A stretch of 63,944 nt of DNA, filler included, from Vicugna vicugna (GCA_013265495.1; 75 parts of 75 records of this genome joined end to end with filler, not necessarily neighbours in it); one strand, 5' to 3'. Shown: positions 22,249 through 35,540, numbered from the whole stretch's first letter. A program made the numbers and translations. Notes: a model not told the origin generated them from the sequence alone.

Positions 22249-23325
22249 NNNNNNNNNNNNNNNNNNNNNNNNNNNNNNNNNNNNNNNNNNNNTTAATTAA
22301 TTAANNNNNNNNNNNNNNNNNNNNNNNNNNNNNNNNNNNNNNNNNNNNTCAGTTTGGAAGATTTCTGATTTTTATATGGATATTAAACTTGGTGAGGCTG
22401 AAGCACCATTTACTGTAAGACGGGCTGATGTACACGTATCCCTACAACTTCTAAAAAATATGTTGAAGCTGGGCGTGAGAGCCTAGGGGACAGACAGCTT
22501 AGAGTGACACGTTCCAGGATGCCTATGATCTCGGGCTCACAAAGAGGAAAATAATACAAATATTTTGCCTCTGTAGTTCTATGTGAAATTATTTTGACCC
22601 TTGCCGGATGGTGTAAGATCAGAGAGCATGTAGTCTTTCTTACATCGCAAAGACGACAAGTCTAAGTCTTCTTGATGAGTCAGCAGACTTTTTCCGATGG
22701 CCTGGGGTCTGTGCCAGACATTAGCTGTCTAGACAAATACCACACAGCCCCCCATCCCTCAAGGGGATCACAGTGTGTCGTGGAAGAGAAAAAATTATAT
22801 AGGTTTTCAAAACAATGTGGTAAGAATCACTTGGCATCATATATACTATATGTTCAGAGGGGCTCTTGCACTGCCTGGGGCAGGGTTCTAGAAGGTAGGG
22901 AAGGTGTCAGAGAGGAAATGCTTTCTGCACTGACATCTGACGGATTCCAGCAAATCTCTAGACCAGGAAAGTGAGTGCTGGGCACGGGATTCTCGGCAGC
23001 TTGTGTGTCTAGTGCAGAGGTCTGGTCTTGTCTAAGAGCACTTTGCAGTTAGGGAAGGAAGGTCAGTGAGGCTAGAGGCTGTGGGGAACTAACGGAAGCT
23101 GAGGCTAAAAAAAGCAGCAACTAGGTGATGAGAAGCTGTGACGTTAAATCAGGGAGTGTGGATTTCCTCACATACGCCGTGTGGAATTCTTTGGGGTTTT
23201 AAGGAGGAGAGTGACACAGATTAGTNNNNNNNNNNNNNNNNNNNNNNNNNNNNNNNNNNNNNNNNNNNNTTAATTAATTAANNNNNNNNNNNNNNNNNNN
23301 NNNNNNNNNNNNNNNNNNNNNNNNN

Positions 23326-24312
23326 TGGAACCTCCCCACGCTCAGGATTCCGGAAAAATGTCAGTGCATGTGGGAGCTCGAGAGACATCTTCACGAAGCT
23401 CTCTTCATTCACAGGAGTTCCCTGTTCGGGGAAGTCCGGCAAATACCTTCCCTTACATGGGGAGGCAGCGTATATCACTGGGATATTCTGAAAACCCCCC
23501 TACCATTCCCTGGCACAGAGATATTAGGAAAACCCTCAGGGGAGACGAGCTTAGGCATTCCGTTAGAACCCACGCGCTGCCGACCGTTGGTGGAACCTCC
23601 TCACGCTCTGGATTCCGGAACCATTGTCAGTGCGTGGGGGAGCTCGAGAGAAAACTCCATGCAGCTCTCTTCAGTCACAGGTGTTCCCTGTTCGGGGAAG
23701 TCCGAGAAATACCTTCCCTGACCTNNNNNNNNNNNNNNNNNNNNNNNNNNNNNNNNNNNNNNNNNNNNNNNNNNNNNNNNNNNNNNNNNNNNNNNNTCCG
23801 TTACAACCCACGCGCTGCCGACCGTTGGTGGAACCTCCCAACGCTCAGGATTCCGGAACCATTGTCAGTGCGTGGGGGAGCTCGAGAGACAACTCCACGC
23901 AGCTCTCTTCAGTCACAGGAGTTCCCTGTTCGTGGATGTCTTGGATAAACTTTCCTGAACTTTGGGAGGCAGCCTCTGTCACTGGAATATCCTGCAATCC
24001 CCCCTAGCATTCCCTGGCAAAGAGACATTAGGAAAACCCTCAGGGGAGACGAGCTTAGGCATTCCGTTAGAACCCACGCGCTGCCGACCGTTGGTGGAAC
24101 CTCCCAACGCTCAGGATTCCGGAACCATTGTCAGTGCGTGGGGGAGATCGAAAGACAACTCCACGCAGCTCTCTTCATTCACAGGAGTTCCCAGTTCGGG
24201 AAGTCTGGGAAATATCTTCCCTGAAATTGGGGAGGAAGCGTATGTCACTGCGATATCCTGCAAAACTCCCTACCATTCCCTGGCACAGTGACATTAGGAA
24301 AACACTCAGGGG
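23326..24312. repeat. 267-bp satellite, subfamily A
   Basis: tccgtta at 23797 and 24063. Several near-identical monomers. Confidence 0.94.
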
Positions 24313-24469
24313 NNNNNNNNNNNNNNNNNNNNNNNNNNNNNNNNNNNNNNNNNNNNTTAATTAATTAANNNNNNNNNNNNNNNNNNNNNNNNNNNNNNNN
24401 NNNNNNNNNNNNTCTATTAATTTGAGATTATGTAAATATTCTGAGATTATGTAAATACTCTTCTTTTTT

Positions 24470-25350
24470 TAATACTTACTCAATTTCATTTCTAGTGATC
24501 AGTTTGTTCTAGTGGTCAATTTCTTCTTGATTCAGTCTTTGTGGACTGTATATTTACAGAAACTTGTCCATTTCTTCAAGGTTATTCATTTATTTTCCAT
24601 AAAGTTGTTTACAGTATTCTCATATGATATTTTGAATTTCGGTAGTATTGGTTGTAATTTCTCCATTTTCCTTTCATATTTTGATTATTTGTGCTGTCTT
24701 TTCTCTTCTTTGTGAGCTAGGCCTGAGGTTTGTCAGTTTTATTTACTCTTTCAAAAAACCATCTCTTAGTTTGATTGACTTTTTCTGTTGTTTTTTTAAA
24801 TATCTATTTTATTTATTTTCTCCCTGATATTTATTGTTTTCTTCCTTCTGCTGGCTTTAGGTTTTGTTTGCTCTTCTTTTTCTAATTCTTTTAGTTGGTT
24901 GATTAGGTTGCTTATTTCAGATTGTTTAAAGGCCTTTATTGCAATGAATTTTCTTCTTAGGACTGCTCTTGCTGCATCCCATAGATTTTGTGTGGTTGTG
25001 ATTTTTGTCATTTGCCTCAAAGTATTTTTTTATTTCTTCTTTGAATTTAACATTGACCCATTGGTTTCTTAGTATCATGTTGTTTAATCATCATGCTGTC
25101 AATTTTTTCTGCTATGTTTTGCTGTAGTTGATTTCTAGTTTCATGGCATTGTGTTCAGAAAAAAATTGCTTAAAATAATTACTATCTTCTTAAAGTTGTT
25201 GAGTCTTCTTTTGTGCACAAGTGCATGATCCATCCTAGAAAGCGTTCCATGTGCACTGGAAAGAATGTTTATTTTAATTTTGGGGGGTGTAATATTCTGA
25301 AAATATCAACCAAGTCTAATTGTTCTATTGTATCATTTAGTTGCTGTTTT
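24470..25350 (-). mobile_element. LINE-1 ORF2 fragment
   Basis: Peptide [21 protein letters not shown]...[18 protein letters not shown]. Confidence 0.92.
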
Positions 25351-25450
25351 NNNNNNNNNNNNNNNNNNNNNNNNNNNNNNNNNNNNNNNNNNNNTTAATT
25401 AATTAANNNNNNNNNNNNNNNNNNNNNNNNNNNNNNNNNNNNNNNNNNNN

Positions 25451-26263
25451 TCTCTCTTTCTCTCTTTCTCTCTTTCTGCCTAAGTGCTGTGGCTAGGACT
25501 TCCAAGACTATGTTAAATAGAAGTGGTGAGAGTGGACAACCTTGTCTTGTCCCAGATTTTAGTGGGAAGGTTTTCAGTTTTTCACTGTTGAGTACTATGC
25601 TGACTGTAGGTTTGTCATAAATAGCTTTTATTATATTGAGATATATTCCCTATATACCCATTTTGGTGAGAGCTTTTATCATAAATGGTTGTTGAATTTT
25701 ATCAAATACTTCTTGTTCATCTATTGAGATGATCATGTGGTTTTTCCTTTCTTTTGTGGTTGTGGTATATCACATTGATTGATTTGCATGTGTTGAACCA
25801 TTCTTGTGTTCCTGGGATGAACCCAACTTGATCATGGTGCATGTACTTTATGTGCTACTGGATTCCATTTGCTAATATTTTGTTGAGGATTTTTGCTTCT
25901 GTGTTCATCAGTGATACTGGTCTCTAATTTTCTTTTTTGGTAGTATCTTTGTCTGGTTTTGGTATCAGGGGGATGGTGGCTTCATAGAATGAGTTTGGAA
26001 GTACTCCCTCCTTTTCAATCTGCTGGAAGAGTTTGAGAAGGACTGGTATGAGTTCTTCTTTGTATGTTTGGTAGAATTCCCCAGTGAAGTCATTCGGTCC
26101 TGGACTTTTGTTTGCAGGGAGGCTTTTTTTTTTTTATTGCTAATTCTATTTCATTTCTAGTGATTGGTTTGTTCAATTAGTCAATTTCTTATTGATTCAA
26201 TCTTGGTAGCCTGTATGGTTCCAGAAACTTGTCCATTTCTTCTAGGTTATCCAGTTTGTTTCC
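25451..26263 (-). mobile_element. LINE-1 ORF2 (RT region) fragment
   Basis: Antisense of canonical L1 RT motifs (tctattgagatgatcatgtgg, aagtggtgagagtgg, cttcatagaatgag). Confidence 0.92.
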
Positions 26264-26363
26264 NNNNNNNNNNNNNNNNNNNNNNNNNNNNNNNNNNNNN
26301 NNNNNNNTTAATTAATTAANNNNNNNNNNNNNNNNNNNNNNNNNNNNNNNNNNNNNNNNNNNN

Positions 26364-27338
26364 CACTTCTTCACACCATAAACAAAAATAAAATCAGAAT
26401 GGCTTAAATACTTAAACAGAAGACACTAAAGTCCTCCTAGAAGAAAACATGAATAAAACATTCTCTGCCATATATCTTAGCAGTGTTCTCTTAGGGATAT
26501 CTACCCAGGCAATGGAAATAAATGCAAAACTAAACAAATGGCCTAGTTAAACTTATTAGCTTTTGCACAACAAAGGAAACAATAGACAAGACAAACTACT
26601 GAATGGGAGAAAATATTTTCAAATGATATAACATACAAAGGCTTAATTTCCAGAATATATAAATAGCTCATACAACTCAACAATGAAAAAAAAAAAATCC
26701 AAAAATGAGCAGAAGATCTAAACAAACATTTCTCCAGTGAAGACATACAAATGGCCAATAGGAACATGAGCAAATGCTTAATACTGTTAATCATCAGAGA
26801 AATGTAAATAAAACTACAATAAGATATCACCTCACACCAGTCAGAATGGTCATCAATAAAAAGCCCACAAATGATAAATGCTGGAGAGGGTGTGGAGAAA
26901 AGGGAACCCTCCTTCACTGCTGGCCGGAATGCAGTTTGGTGCAGCCATTATGGGAAACAGTACAGAGATTCCTTAAAAAAGTGAAAATAAACGTACCCTA
27001 TGATCCAGCAATCCCACTCCTAGGCATAAATTCAAAGGGAACACTAATATGAAAAGATATATGCACCCCAGTGTTTATAGCAGCACCATTTATAACAACC
27101 AAGACATGGAAGCAACCTAATGTCCATCGACAGATGACTGGATAAATTAAAGCTGGAATATACATACAATGGAATGCTACTCAGCCATATAAAAGAATAA
27201 AATGATGCCATTTGCAACAACATGGATGAAGCTGGAGATTGTCATATTAATGAAGCCAGCAAGAGAAAGAAAAGTATCATATGATATTACTTTAATGTGG
27301 AATCTAAAAATTGACATGAATGAACTTTTTTACAAAAC
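26364..27338 (+). mobile_element. LINE-1 ORF2 3' end and 3' UTR
   Basis: RYHLTPVRM...KCWRGCGEKGTLLHCW...PYDPAIPLLGI. Confidence 0.93.
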
Positions 27339-27438
27339 NNNNNNNNNNNNNNNNNNNNNNNNNNNNNNNNNNNNNNNNNNNNTTAATTAATTAANNNNNN
27401 NNNNNNNNNNNNNNNNNNNNNNNNNNNNNNNNNNNNNN

Positions 27439-28187
27439 CACCAGTTAGAAGAATCACACTTTGATCCCACAAAAAACCTCTTGTGCCGAATTCTTCCTTA
27501 GAGATATGTAATTTGATTACATTACATCTACATAATATTCCGTGTTCCGTACTTACTACATACATGACCGATTAGACAAACATGCATTCCTGAGTTGAGG
27601 GTATCTGGATTACTAATCTTTCATCCTCTATAAAAGGAATATTTTCATCTAGACACGTGTACACATTTTAACATGCTTTCCCTAACACCAGTTTCGAATT
27701 CGTGCATTTTTCACAGAAATATAGTTCTTTAGCGATTTCCACCTAACAGAGGTGTAATTTATATGATTTCCAACAACATGGCATTACGGGTTCGGTACAT
27801 GCTACATGTATGACGGATTCGGCAATCATACGTTTCTGGCTTGTGAGCATGTGGATTACTGACCTTTCATCCACCAAACAAGGCGTATATAGNNNNNNNN
27901 NNNNNNNNNNNNNNNNNNNNNNNNNNNNNNNNNNNNNNNNNNNNNNNNNNNNNNNNNNNNNNNNNNNNNNNNNNNNNNNNNNNNNNNNNNNNNNNNNNNN
28001 NNNNNNNNNNNNNNNNNNNNNNNNNNNNNNNNNNNNNNNNNNNNNNNNNNNNNNNNNNNNNNNNNNNNNNNNNNNGCATTTCTGAGAATATGCGCATGAC
28101 TGATGTTTCAACCACCAAAAGAGTTACCAATGCATTTGACAAATTTACTTTGACTTCGTAGATTCTTCCTATCACCAGTTTCAAGAA
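27439..28187. repeat. ~247-bp satellite trimer
   Basis: CACCAG at 27439 and 27686 (247 bp apart). Order A-B-(gap)-C-A. Confidence 0.9.
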
Positions 28188-28287
28188 NNNNNNNNNNNNN
28201 NNNNNNNNNNNNNNNNNNNNNNNNNNNNNNNTTAATTAATTAANNNNNNNNNNNNNNNNNNNNNNNNNNNNNNNNNNNNNNNNNNNN

Positions 28288-29014
28288 AGAATATAGAAAA
28301 GAGAATACTGAATATAGAATTTCATATATAGAGTGTTGAACACAGAATTTAGAAAATAGAAAACAGAATTCTGAATATAGAATTTCAAATATAGAATGTT
28401 GAACACAGAATAAAGAATATAGAATAAAGAATACTGAATATTGAATTTGGAATATAGAATGTAGAGCACAGAATATAGAATATAGATTAGAGAATATAGA
28501 ATCCAGAATTTAGCANNNNNNNNNNNNNNNNNNNNNNNNNNNNNNNNNNNNNNNNNNNNNNNNNNNNNNNNNNNNNNNNNNNNNNNNNNNNNNNNNNNNN
28601 NNNNNNNNNNNNNNNNNNNNNNNNNNNNNNNNNNNNNNNNNNNNNNNNNNNNNNNNNNNNNNNNNNNNNNNNNNNNNNNNNNNNNNNNNNNNNNNNNNNN
28701 NNNNNNNNNNNNNNNNNNNNNNNNNNNNNNNNNNNNNNNNNNNNNNNNNNNNNNNNNNNNNNNNNNNNNNNNNNNNNNNNNNNNNNNNNNNNNNNNNNNN
28801 NNNNNNNNNNNNNNNNNNNNNNNNNNNNNNNNNNNNNNNNNNNNNNNCACAACATAGAGAGTATAGAATACGGAACCTGAATATACAGTATGAATATACA
28901 ATGTAGAACACAGAATTTAGAATATAGAATAGCGAATACTTAATATAGAAGTTAGAATATACAATGTAAAACACAGAATCTAGAATATAGAATACGGAAT
29001 GCAGAATATAGAAT
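28288..29014. repeat. Heptamer-derived satellite
   Basis: TATAGAA-type units. Confidence 0.92.
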
Positions 29015-29114
29015 NNNNNNNNNNNNNNNNNNNNNNNNNNNNNNNNNNNNNNNNNNNNTTAATTAATTAANNNNNNNNNNNNNNNNNNNNNNNNNNNNNN
29101 NNNNNNNNNNNNNN

Positions 29115-29579
29115 ATTCTATATTCTAAATTCTGTATTCTGCATTCTATGTTCTAAATTATGTGTCCGCTTTCTATGTTCAAAATTCTATATTCTGCATT
29201 ACTTATTCTATATTCTAAACTCTGTGTTCTACATTCTATATTCTAAATTCTGTGTTCTGTATTCCATGTTCTAAATTCTGGGTTCTATATTCTCTGTTCT
29301 ATATTCTATATTCTGTGTTCTATATTCTATATTCTAAATTGTATATTCAGTAATTGTATTATATATTCTAAATTCTGTGTTCTTCATTCTATGTTCTAAA
29401 TTCTAGGTTGTATATTATTTATTCTATAATTATTCAATATTCTGTGTTCTTCATTCTATATTCTAAATTATAAATTCTGCATTCCGTATTTGATATTCTA
29501 TATTCTCTGACCTATATTGTGTGTCCTAAATTTAATATTCAGTATTCTGTATTCTATATTCTAAGTTCTGTGTTCTTCA
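29115..29579. repeat. Heptamer-derived satellite
   Basis: TATTCTA-type units. Confidence 0.92.
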
Positions 29580-29679
29580 NNNNNNNNNNNNNNNNNNNNN
29601 NNNNNNNNNNNNNNNNNNNNNNNTTAATTAATTAANNNNNNNNNNNNNNNNNNNNNNNNNNNNNNNNNNNNNNNNNNNN

Positions 29680-30104
29680 AAATACACATGTAATTTACAT
29701 TGCTTACATAACCATGGCATTCCGGATTACGAACATGATTCATGCATAACAGATTCCTCAAACTTGAATTTCTGAGTTGTGAACATGCGTCTGATTGAAG
29801 TTTCAAACACCAAACAAGTTAAAAATGCACTTTGATATATTTATTTTGACTTCATAGATTCTGCCTATCACCAGTTTCAAGAATCACACTTGATCTCAAA
29901 AAACGCTCTTGGAGCGAATTCTAACCTAGTGATGTGTAATTTGAATAAGATTCCATCTACAAGATATTCCGTGTTCCTTAAATGCTACATACATGACGGA
30001 TTTGACAAACATGCATTTTGATTGAGAGAATGTGGATTACTAATATTTCAACCTCTGTAAATGTAATATTTTCATCTAGACACGTGTAGAAATTTTCACA
30101 AGCT
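29680..30104. repeat. ~247-bp satellite (monomers C then A)
   Basis: Matches 1383-1585 and then 823-1060. Confidence 0.9.
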
Positions 30105-30204
30105 NNNNNNNNNNNNNNNNNNNNNNNNNNNNNNNNNNNNNNNNNNNNTTAATTAATTAANNNNNNNNNNNNNNNNNNNNNNNNNNNNNNNNNNNNNNNN
30201 NNNN

Positions 30205-30980
30205 CTGTGAATGAAGAGAGCTGCGTGAAGTTGTCTCTCGAGCTCCCCAGCGCACTGACTGTTGGTTCCGGAATCCTGAGCGTGGGGAGGATATAACAAC
30301 GGTCGGAAGCGCGTGGGTTCTAAAGGAAAACCTAAGCTCGTCTCCCCTGAGGGTTTTCCTAATGTCTCTTTGCCAGGGGATGCTAGGGGTGATTGCAGGA
30401 TATCCCAGTGTCAGAGGTTGCCTCCCCAAGGTCAGGGAAGATATTTCTCGGACTTCCCCGAACAGAGAACACCTGTGACTGAAGAGAGCTGCGTGNNNNN
30501 NNNNNNNNNNNNNNNNNNNNNNNNNNNNNNNNNNNNNNNNNNNNNNNNNNNNNNNNNNNNNNNNNNNNNNNNNNNNNNNNNNNNNNNNNNNNNNNNNNNN
30601 NNNNNNNNNNNNNNNNNNNNNNNNNNNNNNNNNNNNNNNNNNNNNNNNNNNNNNNNNNNNNNNNNNNNNNNNNNNNNNNNNNNTCAGGGAAGGTATTTCT
30701 CGGACTCCCCCGAACAGGGAACACCTGTGACTGAAGAGAGCTGCGTGGAGTTGTCTCTCGAGCTCCCTCACTCACTGACAATGGTTCCGGAATCCTGAGC
30801 CTGGGGATGTTCCACCAACGGTCGGCAGCGCTTGGGTTCTAACGGAATGCCTAAGCTCGTCTCCCCTGAGGGTTTTCCTAATATCTCTGTGCCAGGGGAT
30901 GCTAGGGTGGAATGCAGGATATCCCACTGTCAGATGCTGACTCCTCAAGGTCAGGGAAGTTATTTCTCGGGCTTCCCCGA
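30205..30980. repeat. 267-bp satellite, subfamily A
   Basis: Reverse-orientation monomers. Confidence 0.92.
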
Positions 30981-31080
30981 NNNNNNNNNNNNNNNNNNNN
31001 NNNNNNNNNNNNNNNNNNNNNNNNTTAATTAATTAANNNNNNNNNNNNNNNNNNNNNNNNNNNNNNNNNNNNNNNNNNNN

Positions 31081-31525
31081 CTAGAGATATGTAATTTGAA
31101 TAAATTCCATCTACATGATATTCCGAGTTCATACTTGCTACATGTATGACGGATTCGACAAACATGCATTCCTGAGTTGAGAGCATGTGGATGACTGATC
31201 TTTCATTCTCTATAAAAGGATTATTTTCATCTAGACAAGTGTACTCATTTTCACAATATTTCACTAAAACCAAAAAACCAGTTTCCAATTCGTGCATTTT
31301 TCACAGAAAAATACTTCTGGAGCGATTTCCACCTAACAGATATGTAATTTACATGAATTCCAACAACATGGCATTCCGGATCCGTACATGCTACATGCAG
31401 ACGGATTCGGCAATCATGCGTTTCTGTCTTGTGAGCATGTGGATTACTGACCTTTTATCATCCAAACAAGGCGAATATATACTTAGACACATTTACTCTG
31501 ACTTCATGGTTTTTTCCTATCACCA
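31081..31525. repeat. ~247-bp satellite (monomers A then B)
   Basis: Matches about 882-1327. Confidence 0.9.
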
Positions 31526-31625
31526 NNNNNNNNNNNNNNNNNNNNNNNNNNNNNNNNNNNNNNNNNNNNTTAATTAATTAANNNNNNNNNNNNNNNNNNN
31601 NNNNNNNNNNNNNNNNNNNNNNNNN

Positions 31626-32245
31626 CTCTGTGCCAGGGAATGCTAGGGGGTTTTGCAGGGTATTCCAGTGTGCGAAGCTGCCTCTCCAAGGTCAGGGAAG
31701 GTATTTATAGGACTTCCCAGAACAGGGAACACCTGTGACTGAAGAGAGCTCCGTGTAGTTGTCTCTTGAACTCCCACACGCACTGACATTTGTCCGGAAT
31801 CCTGAGCGTGGGGAGGTTCCACCAACGGTCGGCAGCGCGTGTGTTCTAACGGAAAGCCTAAGCTCGTCTCCCCAGAGGGTTTTCCTAATGTCTCTGTGCC
31901 AGGGAATGNNNNNNNNNNNNNNNNNNNNNNNNNNNNNNNNNNNNNNNNNNNNNNNNNNNNNNNNNNNNNNNNNNNNNNNNNNNNNNNNNNNNNNNNNNNN
32001 NNNNNNNNNNNNNNNNNNNNNNNNNNNNNNNNNNNNNNNNNNNNNNNNNNNNNNNNNNNNNNNNNNNNNNNNNNNNNNNNNNNNNNNNNNNNNNNNNNNN
32101 NNNNNNNNNNNNNNNNNNNNNNNNNNNNNNNNNNNNNNNGGTTTTCCTAATGTCTCTGTGACAGGGAATGCTAGGGGGGTTTGCAGGTTATCCCAGTGAA
32201 AGTGGCTGACTCCCCAAGGACAGGGAAGGTATTTCTCGGACTTCC
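31626..32245. repeat. 267-bp satellite, subfamily A
   Basis: Same monomer motifs. Confidence 0.92.
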
Positions 32246-33175
32246 NNNNNNNNNNNNNNNNNNNNNNNNNNNNNNNNNNNNNNNNNNNNTTAATTAATTA
32301 ANNNNNNNNNNNNNNNNNNNNNNNNNNNNNNNNNNNNNNNNNNNNACAGGGAGCTGGGTGCTGGGAGCAGACACTGAGCTTCCTGGATTACAGACCCAGT
32401 TTAGCAGTCCAGCCCAGCAGTCCACATGTTTCATATTTATGTCCCAGCAAAATTAGCAGTGAGAGTCTTAAATGAACTTTGGGGACACTTGCAAACAGCT
32501 GTCATGATTACTATACACCAGGATTCTACAGTGTTTAGTTGGCATCTGTGCATAACCAGTTCTTTTCCACTAAAGCTTCTTGTAATTGCTGGTCCCACAT
32601 CCAGGCTGAGGAATCATCTCATGTGGTGTTTGGGAGGGAGGTAAGTGGAGTCAGGACCCATGTTAAGGCTGGGTGGGTAATAATCTGGTTCTAGTATAGG
32701 AGAAAGGAAAGTAGGTCAGGTGGGAAGGAGAATGACTGGATTTAAATTTTGTTTCTTGAGTAAGCTAAATATATAACATCATGTCAAGTTACTTTGTTGT
32801 TTATATTCCATGTGCTGTCACCGAATAACTACTGAATTTTGGGGACAAAAATGCCTGGGTTTTAGAATTGATGCTGCCCCTAACCTGCCAGAGTCCAGGT
32901 TCCTCTGGGTGTCCAAAGAGGGGGCTGAACCGTCAGATGTCCCTCCACTGCAGCAGTTTGGGCAGTTGGGTGGCCTAGATTTTTGCTGTGGAAGACTGGC
33001 CGGTTGTAGGACATTAAGCATCTGCAAGGATCTCACCATGTACCCACGGTGGTCCCAGGACTGTAACATCCAAGCNNNNNNNNNNNNNNNNNNNNNNNNN
33101 NNNNNNNNNNNNNNNNNNNTTAATTAATTAANNNNNNNNNNNNNNNNNNNNNNNNNNNNNNNNNNNNNNNNNNNN

Positions 33176-33961
33176 CTGTTCTTCGTGGGTGTGCTGGAGG
33201 TGGGGAAAAGGAGACCACGCTTTTATTTGGGGGTACGTGTTTAAAGTTTAGGGATGTAGTTTTAAAATCTCCATGCCAATAGAGAGGCACTCGCTAAAAC
33301 CTAGCTATAGAGACCAAACCCCACAATAGATCAAAGCCTGGCCTATATAAATACTCAGGGAACACAAGTTAAGGGATTCTAATAGAACCCAGGTGCTGCT
33401 GTCATTTGGANNNNNNNNNNNNNNNNNNNNNNNNNNNNNNNNNNNNNNNNNNNNNNNNNNNNNNNNNNNNNNNNNNNNNNNNNNNNNNNNNNNNNNNNNN
33501 NNNNNNNNNNNNNNNNNNNNNNNNNNNNNNNNNNNNNNNNNNNNNNNNNNNNNNNNNNNNNNNNNNNNNNNNNNNNNNNNNNNNNNNNNNNNNNNNNNNN
33601 NNNNNNNNNNNNNNNNNNNNNNNNNNNNNNNNNNNNNNNNNNNNNNNNNNNNNNNNNNNNNNNNNNNNNNNNNNNNNNNNNNNNNNNNNNNNNNNNNNNN
33701 NNNNNNNNNNNNNNNNNNNNNNNNNNNNNNNNNNNNNNNNNNNNNNNNNNNNNNNNNNNNNNNNNNNNNNNNNNNNNNNNNNNNNNNTACTTACTCATCG
33801 GTGGGCACTCCCTACTATTTGGCCTCAAAGCCCAACTCCCAGCTTTCCCTCAGAGCCAGGCCTAGGGTACAACTCAGGTATTACAAACTAAAGAATACTA
33901 TTAGAACACAGGCGCTGCTTTCACTTGAAAGTGCCGGCCCACACTCAGGATACCTGAGCAC
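33176..33961. repeat. Degenerate ~267-bp satellite
   Basis: aagggattctaatagaacccagg, gaggcactcgcta. Confidence 0.85.
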
Positions 33962-34061
33962 NNNNNNNNNNNNNNNNNNNNNNNNNNNNNNNNNNNNNNN
34001 NNNNNTTAATTAATTAANNNNNNNNNNNNNNNNNNNNNNNNNNNNNNNNNNNNNNNNNNNN

Positions 34062-34962
34062 AAAAGGCACATCAGAAAGTGCTCAATATCACTGATTATC
34101 AGAGAATGCAAATGAAAACTGCAATGAGGTATCAACTCACACCAGACAGAAAGGCCATCATTCAAAAATCCACAAATGACAAATGCTGGAGAGGCTGTGG
34201 AGAAAAGGGAACCGTCCTTCACTGCTGGGGGCAATGCAGTTTGGTGCAGCCACTGTGGAAAACAGGATGGNNNNNNNNNNNNNNNNNNNNNNNNNNNNNN
34301 NNNNNNNNNNNNNNNNNNNNNNNNNNNNNNNNNNNNNNNNNNNNNNNNNNNNNNNNNNNNNNNNNNNNNNNNNNNNNNNNNNNNNNNNNNNNNNNNNNNN
34401 NNNNNNNNNNNNNNNNNNNNNNNNNNNNNNNNNNNNNNNNNNNNNNNNNNNNNNNNNNNNNNNNNNNNNNNNNNNNNNNNNNNNNNNNNNNNNNNNNNNN
34501 NNNNNNNNNNNNNNNNNNNNNNNNNNNNNNNNNNNNNNNNNNNNNNNNNNNNNNNNNNNNNNNNNNNNNNNNNNNNNNNNNNNNNNNNNNNNNNNNNNNN
34601 NNNNNNNNNNNNNNNNNNNNNNNNNNNNNNNNNNNNNNNNNNNNNNNNNNNNNNNNNNNNNNNNNNNNNNNNNNNNNNNNNNNNNNNNNNNNNNNNNNNN
34701 NNNNNNNNNNNNNNNNNNNNNNNNNNNNNNNNNNNNNNNNNNNNNNNNNNNNNNNNNNNNNNNNNNNNNNNNNNNNNNNNNNNNNNNNNNNNNNNNNNNN
34801 NNNNNNNNNNNNNNNNNNNNNNNNNNNNNNNNNNNNNNNNNNNNNNNNNNNNNNNNNNTATATATGTTCATTGCAACTGCAAAATTGTGCTGTAGGCTGG
34901 AATTGGAGACAACTTTGTAAAATGACTGTAAATCAATAAAAAAAACTTAAAAACAGAAAAAA
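34062..34962 (+). mobile_element. LINE-1 3' portion with poly(A) (gapped)
   Basis: MRYQLTP...KCWRGCGEKG. 3' end reads aaatgactgtaaatcaataaaaaaaac. Confidence 0.9.
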
Positions 34963-34999
34963 ACATGATCTTAAATATTACAGGTGTAAATATAAAATA

Positions 35000-35440
35000 G
35001 ATAGAAAAATAAAAGTATGCAAATGAGCAGTAAAATCAAAGATATTTTTATTTTTTTTAGATAAGCAAAATCAAAAAACCTCTAGCCAGGTGCATCATGA
35101 AGAAAAGAGAGATGCTCCAAAGAAATAAAGGAAGAAATAAAAGAAAAGAAATAACAACTATTCCCACAGATCTACATAAAAGGGATCATTTGTCAACACT
35201 TACATGCCAATAAACTGGACAACTTAGAAGAAATGGACAAATGTCTAGAAAGAGACAGAGATAAGGAGAAACAAGTAATTTGAACAAACTGTTTACTAGA
35301 AGAAAGATAGAATCTGCATTTTAAAAAATCGTTAAATAGAAGTGCAGATTTAAGAAACTCCCATAAGTGCAGATTTAAACAACTCCCATGGAGATCTGTA
35401 CAAAAATACAAAGCAGAACTTATACTCTTCAAACTATTCA
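35000..35440 (+). mobile_element. Older LINE-1 ORF2 fragment flanking the preceding L1
   Basis: catgccaataaactggacaacttagaagaaatggacaaat (ANKLDNLEEMDK). Confidence 0.85.
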
Positions 35441-35540
35441 NNNNNNNNNNNNNNNNNNNNNNNNNNNNNNNNNNNNNNNNNNNNTTAATTAATTAANNNN
35501 NNNNNNNNNNNNNNNNNNNNNNNNNNNNNNNNNNNNNNNN

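Noticed and set aside
23425..23440. CENP-B box in the 267-bp satellite (TTCGGGGAAGTCCGG/CGAG)
   Set aside because: TTCG and the A match, but the CGGG part is mismatched or shifted by one base, so it is not canonical.
23358..24364. Recurring peptides such as MGELERQLHAALFSHRCSLFGEVREIPSLTLG suggesting a gene family
   Set aside because: These are translations of the 267-bp (89-codon) satellite, open in several frames on both strands with random stops.
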